Shown here one piece after another: positions 47,820 to 56,230 of a stretch of 64,000 bases of DNA. A program made the position numbers and the translations under genes. The stretch is from Pseudogymnoascus verrucosus (taxonomy: Eukaryota). The stretch lies in the NCBI GenBank assembly GCA_001662655.1, contig KV460222.1; one strand, given 5' to 3'. Under the pieces are notes generated by a model, which worked only from the letters and a program-made list of their open reading frames with translations, was not told the origin of the DNA and made no database searches. Position 1 is the stretch's first letter; every line of letters starts with the position of its first letter.

Positions 47820-50800
47820 TCAAGCAAAACTCCCCCTCCCAAACAACCCCCCAACAGCCTTCCTCCTCCCCTCAACCCCCTTCAAAAACCTCTCCTGCCT
47901 CTTCCTCTCCCCCTCCCTAATATCCTTCGTCCTCTCCTCCTCCCTCGTAAAAAACGCAACCCCCTTCCCCTTCTTCGGCGCCGCCTTACTATCCCCCGCA
48001 GGGCCCCCACCAAAACTCCCCGTCGATGACGCAGCAGAGCTATTCGTCGTCGCGCGCCTTAGAAGCGGCGGAACTTTAAACCCAGCCGTGGCTGAGGAGG
48101 CCGCAAAAGCTAGGCGCGTTGCAGATGACATCTCGGTGCTGGACTGGCGCTTGAGCGACATGCGGTCCACGACTGTGGCGCCGCTGTGGCGCCGTGCGAA
48201 GGGGTCGTGGTTCTCCTTCCCCTTGCCGCTGTCAGTGGACTCCGTGCCTTCGATCTCGATGTCAGAGTCGCTGTCCTCGGCGGGAGCGTGCATCGCGTTC
48301 GGGTCATCGATAAGACTTGACACTGAGGCGCGGATCTCCGAGAGGCTGGTTGGACGCTTGGAGGCCAGGGCCTTGGTGCGGCGGAGGTTGGGTGGTAGAC
48401 GTGCTTGGGGCTCTGTGGTGGCTTTGCGTTTGAGGGCGCCTGGGGCAGCGTCGGGTTGGCTGTTGGGCACGACTGTTGCGTCCTGGCTGTCCTCGTCGTC
48501 GACGATGGGCTGGGACGACGCAGCGTTCTCGGCGTCCACGATCTCGTCGTCGAGGAAAATCATGTCTTGATCATCACCACGATCCTCGATTGCTCGGAGG
48601 AAGGCGGCTCGCTTGGGGTTCTCAGCGATCTTGCCGATTTGCTCGTCTTCGAGGAGGGCCTTTCGCATCTTCGCGAACTCGCGACGCTTCATGCGGCGTC
48701 TCGCTTCTCCGTCGTCATCGGAGTCGCTGAGATCGTAGTCGGCGCCTCGCTTCTTCCTCAACATGCCAGATGTGATGTCCTTGAAGAGCTTGTTGACCTG
48801 TTGCTCATCTGCGGCACGCTCGCGGTCCGCGTAGAAAGCGGCCAGCTTCGTCTCATCGAAGTGTTCGCGCTGCTCGTCGTCGATCATGGCCTGCACAGCC
48901 TCGTCTTCGCCTTCTGACTCGTCGTCAGATGCACCACCGAGACCAGCATATTCGTCTTCGGATTCGGAAGCCTGGTCTTCGACCATTTCCTTGGCAGCGG
49001 ACTTTTTCTTGTCAAAGTCGGCGATAGGAGCCGTCTTAGATTTTTTGGAAGCTTTGCGCATGGTTTCGAAGATATTGGAGACCTCGAAGTCGTCGACTGG
49101 TTCCGCTTCCTCGTCGTCTGACAGGACAGGAGCTTGGACTCTGCGTTGAAGCTTGCCCTTTCTCTTCATGATGGGTGACTCCATAACAATGTCCTCGGTT
49201 TGGTCTGGTGCTGGAGTTCCTCCAATCATAACCGTGTCGACAGTGGACATAGGAGGCTCCGTATAACGGCCCATGATCGGCGACATGAACTTGAAGCCTT
49301 CGTCTTGAGTTGGCTCCGGAAATTCGGAATGCTTGCTTGGGGTTTGCTGAACTAAGCTATCGAAGCCGTGAATTTGCGACTGAGAGAAGTCGAGTTGGAT
49401 TCCTTGAGTCTCAGCCTGAGTTGCCTGCGTCGCAGCGACTTGGTCAATTTGTACTTGGCTGCTCTTGACGATGCCTTGAGACTCGTCATCCATAGTAGGA
49501 GTGAATCCGGGGAATTCAGGAGGGGGAAGGTTGCGAAGGAAAGCAAGAGAGTCCTGCTGGGAGTCCAGGCGTTGAGATGGTGACTCCATAGGCGTAGCAT
49601 CGAAATCTGGCTGGGTGTCCATGGTCCCAGCAAAGATTTGCGTCAAACCAAGGCCGGCTGGGCCTGCCACAGTGATACCTGGAATGAATGTCTTCGTTGC
49701 CGAGCGGAGAACAGACATAGGCGCGGCAGGGGATGTTGTAGCAGTTGCCTTTGGCCCAGGGGTGTTCATCGGTGCCAGTGCAGGCGACTGTGGAACCGAT
49801 ACATCGTCTTCGTCGTCTGAGATAACGTTTGTGTTCTTAGTTCTTCTCCGAGCGACTGCGTTTGGTGCATCTTCCTCATCTTCGTCATTAATGAGACCGC
49901 TCGCTTCGACTTCTTCCTCTTCTTTCTCGTCCTCATCTTCAGATGCTTCATCATCAACCAAGGCATTAGGCCTGGTTGCTTCGTCCATATTCGCATCCTC
50001 CATCTCCTCGTCTTCCGAGCCACTGTGCTCTTCCTCGTCATCGGCTTCGTCTTCTGAGCCAGAGGCAGATAGCTGTTGAGAGAACCTCTCTGCCTCTTCT
50101 TGCCATTCCTCGTCATCACTATCATCCATATCAAGTGGGTCAACTTCGCCGTTGTCTTTCCTGTGCTTCTTCGCAGCAGCCTTTTCCCCCTTTGCGATCT
50201 CCTCGCCTTCTCTGCGAGCTTTTGTAATCATGTCCTCCACATCCTCAAGCTCTTGCGCTCTCTCTTCTGCTGTTTGAACAATGATACCCCTATCACGGAG
50301 TGCCTGCAGCCGCTCCTCTCTTTCGCGGGTTGCTTGCTGTCGGGCACGCTGCTGCAAAGATGCTTGTAGCGCAGAATTGCTGATAGATGGCTTCGCATTC
50401 TTCTTGTTCCGATTCTTCGGTGGCGGAGAGATATGTGCCAGCATTCTAAGTGCATGAAGACCATTGGATTCCCGGGCCTTGTGAACTGGGGCTCGGTCGA
50501 AAATGGAATCCAGGTCTTTCTTGGATCTGTATTTCCATGCGAGCTGGGGTTTCGATGGAATGATTTCTAAATCGTCATCGGAACCAGAGTCACCGCCAAA
50601 GCTTACGTTGGCAGTCGAGAACTTTGGTGCTTTCGGCTGGGTGGTGACAGGTTGAATTTGGGGAGCCGATTCTGTTGGAGTAGGGGATCGTCGGATGGCC
50701 TTGCCTTTTCCGTTGTCGAGCCTGCGGCTTGAGGGTGACGATGCGACATGCGAAGAAATCATATCTTCCACTGTAGGGAGTGGGGCCTCCTCATCCTCAG

Positions 50801-51950
50801 ATAGCGAACCTGTAGGCAACGAGACAGTTGATAGTTCGGCTGGGGGTGCGGATTTATGAGCTGTGAGGCTTGGAGATAGTGGAGAAGTAGGTGGTGTTTC
50901 ATGCATCTCAGCATCGGATTGCTGCGGCGAGCTAGATGTTGCTGGTTCTTCCACAAACCCTTCTGGCTTGTAGTTAAATCTCGCGAAAAGACTCGACTTT
51001 GTGATCTTCTTTTTTGTCTTTGCTTGGTGGGCCAATTGCATGTTCCTTGCCATGCGTTGTGTCTCTCGGTGTATCTCTTCGACAGCTTTCTTGCTAGCTT
51101 TTCTCGTTGGTCGAACTTGTTGTGTCAATCGCTGTCCTCCTTCATCATCGCTACCAACCAAGTCGTCGTCCTCAAGCAGTGCCTGTTGTTCAGCGGCGGC
51201 CTTCCTCCATGCCAAATCGGCAGCATCTTTTGCGGCGCGTTCCTGTCGTTTCGTCTCAAGAAGCGCCTTGAAGCGGTCGGTCGAAGTTACCGCAGATAGG
51301 TCCACAGGCAAGTCCTCCGAGTCGGAATCCGCTGGTGGTGGGCTTCTAGTCTTCTTGGGACTGGGCGATGGCGATACGAAGAGGCCGCCGCGACCAGAGT
51401 CTAGCGACCTGGGAGGGCTCGGCCTGGGCGAACTTCTTTGCCGTATCCGATGATTCGACCGGGATGGAACGACAATATCCTCGTCGTCACTTGCATCCGC
51501 CTGGTTTGTGGTTTGTTCCTCCTGTGCTGGTTTTTTCTCAGTCATCAGAGACTTTAGCATCCTCTCCCTTGCAGTCATGCCCTGATCGCCAGCGTTGCTT
51601 GTATTATCGTCGTTCTCTGCCTCCGACTCAGCTGCTGCATCATCTTCGCCCGATGATGTTATACCCAAGAATCTCCTCCTCCTTTCTGCTTTCGCCTTTT
51701 CCATATCCTTCCCCTGTTCGACATCGCTGTCGCTCATTGCTGTGACTTCGTGTTCTTCGGCGTCCCGTGAATCGAGCATTCTTCCTGCAAGTCGTCCACG
51801 GGCACGCGGTTTAACCACCACTCCCCCTTCAGAGTCGTCATCGCTCGATTGTGCTTCGCTCGCGAGGTCGGATAGTGGCAAGGTCGTCTTCGAATGGATT
51901 GGTGAAGACGCCTCGGGAGCAACATCCATCATGGCGACTGGAGCAGCCAT
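47820..51950 (-). CDS. MRC1: Replication checkpoint mediator Mrc1/Claspin
   Basis: 1376 aa acidic ORF with RKASKKA.EEIHRETQRMARNMQLAH, SQ/TQ-rich region and MRC1 domain (EMVEDQASESEDEYAGLGGASDDE, KLFKDITSGMLRKKR, NPKRAAF). Confidence 0.9.
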   Translation of the reverse strand: MAAPVAMMDVAPEASSPIHSKTTLPLSDLASEAQSSDDDSEGGVVVKPRARGRLAGRMLDSRDAEEHEVTAMSDSDVEQGKDMEKAKAERRRRFLGITSSGEDDAAAESEAENDDNTSNAGDQGMTARERMLKSLMTEKKPAQEEQTTNQADASDDEDIVVPSRSNHRIRQRSSPRPSPPRSLDSGRGGLFVSPSPSPKKTRSPPPADSDSEDLPVDLSAVTSTDRFKALLETKRQERAAKDAADLAWRKAAAEQQALLEDDDLVGSDDEGGQRLTQQVRPTRKASKKAVEEIHRETQRMARNMQLAHQAKTKKKITKSSLFARFNYKPEGFVEEPATSSSPQQSDAEMHETPPTSPLSPSLTAHKSAPPAELSTVSLPTGSLSEDEEAPLPTVEDMISSHVASSPSSRRLDNGKGKAIRRSPTPTESAPQIQPVTTQPKAPKFSTANVSFGGDSGSDDDLEIIPSKPQLAWKYRSKKDLDSIFDRAPVHKARESNGLHALRMLAHISPPPKNRNKKNAKPSISNSALQASLQQRARQQATREREERLQALRDRGIIVQTAEERAQELEDVEDMITKARREGEEIAKGEKAAAKKHRKDNGEVDPLDMDDSDDEEWQEEAERFSQQLSASGSEDEADDEEEHSGSEDEEMEDANMDEATRPNALVDDEASEDEDEKEEEEVEASGLINDEDEEDAPNAVARRRTKNTNVISDDEDDVSVPQSPALAPMNTPGPKATATTSPAAPMSVLRSATKTFIPGITVAGPAGLGLTQIFAGTMDTQPDFDATPMESPSQRLDSQQDSLAFLRNLPPPEFPGFTPTMDDESQGIVKSSQVQIDQVAATQATQAETQGIQLDFSQSQIHGFDSLVQQTPSKHSEFPEPTQDEGFKFMSPIMGRYTEPPMSTVDTVMIGGTPAPDQTEDIVMESPIMKRKGKLQRRVQAPVLSDDEEAEPVDDFEVSNIFETMRKASKKSKTAPIADFDKKKSAAKEMVEDQASESEDEYAGLGGASDDESEGEDEAVQAMIDDEQREHFDETKLAAFYADRERAADEQQVNKLFKDITSGMLRKKRGADYDLSDSDDDGEARRRMKRREFAKMRKALLEDEQIGKIAENPKRAAFLRAIEDRGDDQDMIFLDDEIVDAENAASSQPIVDDEDSQDATVVPNSQPDAAPGALKRKATTEPQARLPPNLRRTKALASKRPTSLSEIRASVSSLIDDPNAMHAPAEDSDSDIEIEGTESTDSGKGKENHDPFARRHSGATVVDRMSLKRQSSTEMSSATRLAFAASSATAGFKVPPLLRRATTNSSAASSTGSFGGGPAGDSKAAPKKGKGVAFFTREEERTKDIREGERKRQERFLKGVEGRRKAVGGLFGRGSFA

Positions 51951-52171
51951 TGTAAGCTGTAGTTCCGGGATGCGAGGAAAATCAAATAATTAATTGACGC
52001 TTATTTGTTCATTGGTAATTAGTAATTGGTAAGGTGTGTAATAATTTTCGTGTTTATATCGTGTTTGTGTTTGTGTTTGTTGGATTTCAATACTGTGGAA
52101 TTGGTGGAAGAGGTAGATATAAGAGAGCAGTGGCTGGGTTTGAAACCGCGATAGGCGATAAATGGCTGTCA

Positions 52172-52201
52172 ACGCGACGCGACGCGATTTTGGTGACGCG
52201 A
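52172..52201. promoter_or_regulatory. Cluster of MCB-like (ACGCG) cell-cycle boxes upstream of MRC1
   Basis: ACGCG at 52172, 52177, 52182 and 52196, about 220-250 bp upstream of the MRC1 ATG. MRC1 is a known G1/S MBF target in yeasts. Confidence 0.65.
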
Positions 52202-52456
52202 AGGGCGGCGGCCGCTTCCGCCGTTAAGTGCGCTTGGCGCTAACCTTGAAGGGTCCAAGTCCCCTAACCCCGCCATCTCCGAACATCACATAGACTCGAA
52301 ATGATTAACTTCAACTTCAATATATGGCATAAATCAAGAATTTCATGTTGTCCTCCAGGACGCTGATATATTGTATTATCTTCTCATAATAGCTAAATTT
52401 ATTCGTGCCCAAGATCGATAATTACCACCAAGTACTTTAATCAGACACCATACATC

Positions 52457-53886
52457 ATGGGTCTTGTAGACTTCCGGCGGTTCAACGCCAACAATTGGGA
52501 AACTCTCAGAAGACACCCTTTGGCTGAGATCTCAGGAGCTCTTGGGGACCTAGGCACTCTTCTCCCTCTGATGATAGCCCTCGCCGTCCAAAACTCTATA
52601 TCCCTTTCCAGCACCCTCGTCTTCTCCGGACTATGGAACATCCTCACCGGCGTCATTTTCGGAATCCCACTCCCAGTACAGCCGATGAAGGTAGATCCGC
52701 CTCTATGGCATGTTTCGTCATAGAAGAAAAGAGACTAAGTGAGAATTAGGCCATAGCTGCAGTTGCAATCTCGAGATCCTTCACGATCTCCGAGACCGTC
52801 TCGGCGGGGTTCTTCGTGTCGGGAATTGTCCTCATATTTAGCGTCACTGGACTATTACACTGGTTCGCCAGCGTCATCCCTACTCCGGTCGTGAAAGGGA
52901 TCCAAGTCGGAGCTGGAATGTCGCTGATCTTATCAGCTGGAACATCGCTCCTCCAACCACTCGGTTGGACCTCGCCGTCGTGGGCAGACAACCGGCTCTG
53001 GGGCATTGGAGCATTTCTGGCACTTCTCTGGACCCACAGCTTTCCACGGTTTCCTTACGCACTCGTGATTTTTGTTGTCGGGATTGTTCTGTCATTTCTA
53101 CTCACGGGGTCTTCCAACCTGCCGTCGTTGGCAATTTGGCATCCCCAGTTTCTGGTCCCATCGTGGGGTTCGTTCAAAACGGGAGCCATTGATGCTGGAC
53201 TTGGGCAGCTGCCTCTTACCACTTTGAATTCAGTCATTGCTGTTTCATTTTTGTCTGCTGATCTCCTACCTCACCTTCCAGCACCGTCGGTGACCTCTCT
53301 GGGTCTTAGTGTTGGACTAATGAATCTAATCGGAGGGTGGTTTGGCGCAATGCCCGTTTGCCACGGTTCCGGAGGACTCGCAGCACAGTATCGATTCGGT
53401 GCTCGAAGCGGGGCTAGTATTATCGTCCTTGGGCTATTCAAGGTAGTCATGGGTCTCATATTTGGTGAAACGCTGGTCGGTTTACTACATCAGTATCCGA
53501 AAAGCCTACTCGGTGTTATGGTACTCGCTGCTGGAATAGAGTTAGCGAAGGTCGGTGAAACGTTGAACAACGGCGCCAGAGATCTGTGGGAGGGGTCGGA
53601 GGCCGCGGGGCCGTCGGTGTTGCAAGGTGGATCGGTGGCAAATGCGTTTAGGATGCCGACTGACGAAGAGAGGATGCAGAGGTGGACGGTAATGGTGATG
53701 ACTGTTGGTGGGCTTCTGGCTTTCAAAAATGATGCTGTTGGTTTCCTCGCTGGAATGCTGTGTCACTGGGCGTACAATCCTCCGTCTATATTTAGACGTC
53801 AAACAGGATCAAGGTGGAACTTCAGGGTCCCCAAGATCCCATGGAGGCGCAACACCGAGGAACAGCCATTGTTGTCATCGCCTTGA
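52457..53886 (+). CDS. MOT1-family molybdate transporter
   Basis: EISGALGDLGTLLP, PLPVQPMK|AIAAVA (intron 52691-52749), QLPLTTLNSVIA, GAMPVCHGSGGLAAQYRFGARSG. Confidence 0.92.
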
Positions 53887-54041
53887 TTAACGCTATCATA
53901 TTGGCGTTGGTAATGTAGAACTTGTGTGGTTCGCCGTCGGCGATGCATGTATGGCGGAAATCCAATGCAAGTGTACTATCACTCAGTGATAGATGAGGTA
54001 GAAGCTTCGTGAGAGTACCAGTCTAGGTGTTAGGCCAGGAG

Positions 54042-54144
54042 GCATAGCTCAAATAGCCATTCTCGAAACTAAAGTAAAGAAATGCGTGGAAGCATAGTTC
54101 AAATATCCATTCTTGAAAAACAAAGTAAAGAAAGGCGTGGAAGC
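54042..54144. repeat. ~50 bp tandem duplication
   Basis: GCATAGYTCAAATAKCCATTCTYGAAA...AAAGTAAAGAAAKGCGTGGAA starts at 54042 and again at 54092. Confidence 0.88.
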
Positions 54145-54223
54145 TGCCGTCCCAATATAAGTTGATGGGGATAGATAGTTATCTTCTAATGAACTGAAAA
54201 AGATCAAAAAATAAAAAAATAAA

Positions 54224-54351
54224 GGAAGTGTACCGGAATTGAACCAGTGAGTTATCTGTATCCACGGGATTGCTTTCAGATGATAGACTTGTACCCAACG
54301 TACAGTGGAAAGTTTACAAATCAGGCCTGCTACCGTTACGCCAAACACCCC
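54224..54351 (-). ncRNA. tRNA-like Pol III unit (aberrant intron-containing tRNA-Thr(TGT)-like gene or tRNA-derived RNA)
   Basis: Minus strand: acceptor GGGGTGT/ACACTTC, A box TGGCGTAACGG, CCTGA-TTTGTAA, T-arm ACTGG-TTCAATT-CCGGT (B box), then TTTATTTTTTTATTTTTT. The D stem and anticodon stem do not pair canonically. Confidence 0.62.
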
Positions 54352-54454
54352 TTTGTTTTGATGGTGGCCTCTTCAATGGCCTTATAGCCTTTCGGCTGGT
54401 TCGTATTTGGTGCTAGAGATAAGGGGGGGTGGGAAGGGGGGATAAGGGGGAACA

Positions 54455-54508
54455 AAGGGGCGAGCTGTGAAGGGGCGAGCTGTGAAGGGACGAGCTGTGA
54501 AGGGGCGA
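54455..54508. repeat. 15 bp tandem repeat x3.6
   Basis: AAGGGRCGAGCTGTG at 54455, 54470 and 54485, with a partial copy at 54500. Confidence 0.92.
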
Positions 54509-54825
54509 CACCGGGGCAAAGGAGGAGGCGGGAACAAGGGGATACGAATATTTGGTGAATTTGTATATCCGACGCCCCCTTTCCCAACCGACCTCCCAAC
54601 CTCCATCCTCATTCTCCCAACCGAGCAATCGAACACCCTCCCCCTTTCTTAGGCAACCAGCAAGCGAAACGCCGACTCCCTTCCCAAGCCAACCACCCAA
54701 CCTCCATCCCCAGGTCACCCGCTCTAGCACGCCCAATTTTCACTTACTACCCCCTTAACTCCCAACAACGGGTATACCGAGCCAGTACAACCTCACATCT
54801 CATCATCAACCAGCATGAACCCCAT

Positions 54826-55150
54826 TCCTCCTACCCCATAACCCATAAACAAAAGGAAAGAACAAAAACAAAGAGGCAAATGAAAGCATATAAACTCAAA
54901 CATCAAACAGAGAGACAAAACGCGCGAGCGAGTCGATAAAGACCCTCTACTCTCCCATAGCCTTATTCTTCCTCCGCTTCCCCCCCTTATCCTCCTACCC
55001 CATAACCCATAAGCAAGAGGAGAGAAAAAAACAAAGAAACAAATAAAAGCATATAAACTCAAACAGAGAGAGAAAGCGCGCGAGGGAGTCGATAAAGACC
55101 CGCTATTCTCCGCTACCCTTATTCTTCTTCCACTTCCCCCCTCTTATCCT
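54826..55150. repeat. ~160 bp diverged tandem duplication
   Basis: Units start TCCTCCTACCCCATAACCCATAA at 54826 and 54990. Both contain AAAGCATATAAACTCAAACA, GAGTCGATAAAGACCC and CCTTATTCTTC. Confidence 0.9.
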
Positions 55151-55334
55151 CTTCCCCCCCTACCGCCGCAATCTCCTCCCGTTCACCCATCTAGCGAACC
55201 TCCCCCCCTTCCCAACCCGCTCCTAACAACCCCCAACCTCAACCTCCAACCTCAGGCCACCCTCCCACCCATCTAGCAAACCCCCCCCCCCTCCCCCCAA
55301 CCTTATAAACCAACTTACTCCCATTCCTCCCAGC

Positions 55335-55415
55335 GGCACAGTGGCGCAGTGGTAGTACCACTGTCTGGACAATCTGGCCAGCGGAGGATATAGAGGTTAT
55401 GGATTCGACACCCGG
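55335..55415 (+). pseudogene. Degenerate tRNA-like sequence
   Basis: GGCACAG-TGGCGCAGTGGTAG (good A box) ... AGGTT-ATGGA-TTCGACA-CCCGG (decayed T-arm). No acceptor pairing and no T-run terminator. Confidence 0.35.
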
Positions 55416-56230
55416 ATGAAAGGGAAAAAATGGAAATAAAAGAAAGAGCTTGGAAACGATCAATAAACGACAAAAAGTAAAATCACAAAGTTGATTTTCT
55501 TCCTCATCAGATATTAAAAGAATATCTGATGAGTCTTTTGCACTTTTGTGCTTTGAACTTAGCTTTTTGTTGTAAGGTTTGCTAGTCAATGTTGTGGTCG
55601 AAGTAAATAACTGTATGGGACTTTCCATGTTAAAAACTCGATAGCACGGGGCTTTTGAAATTCTGAGATTCTGACTTAATTTTTTGATATGGGTTTTAAT
55701 ATCTACGCAAATATTAATATTTTACCATTATTGCCAAAAATAACAACGAATTTAACAAATAAATATAAATAGATATATGAGATTGCATTATATATACAGT
55801 ATTAATTCAAAGAACTCTTATCTCAGTTCAAATTCACGTCGTGGGCCCGGCCCCCTTTCTTTACCTAGAACCGCGGAGGGGGTGTGATTCCATGGGAGGG
55901 CCACATTAATAATCAAAAGTCACAGCAGACGACGTAACTTTGGAACCCACATTGAGTGGATAATAAGTTTATATTTGTACATTAATGCCCGTATGCCAGC
56001 GAGCGTTGCGTACGTAACTGAGTTTTGACACCTCCCCTCTCCAAATGCAGAAAAAGCAACTCTCCCCCCTCCTATTAAGATAGCTAATTCCCTTCCTACA
56101 ACCAACCGGCAAAATCAAGCCATGCGCCGCCCAATAGTCCGGTTCTAATTGGTATTAGTTTTTCGTCGTTTTTCATGCTCCTTTCCTTTCCTAGACTTGG
56201 TCTCGCCAAGGTCCTATTTCCAAACCCTTT

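Noticed and set aside
55430..55830. Mitochondrial insertion (NUMT) or LINE ORF1 in the AT-rich tract
   Set aside because: No recognisable mitochondrial gene, zinc knuckle or RT motif. AT richness alone is insufficient.
55841..55904. HDV-like ribozyme on the minus strand
   Set aside because: No consistent P2 and P3 helices could be built around the CCTCCGCGG segment.
53887..56230. Telomerase RNA (right size, pseudoknot candidate)
   Set aside because: No TAACCCTAA-type template on either strand. The nearest match, TAACCCATAA, lies inside a tandem repeat.
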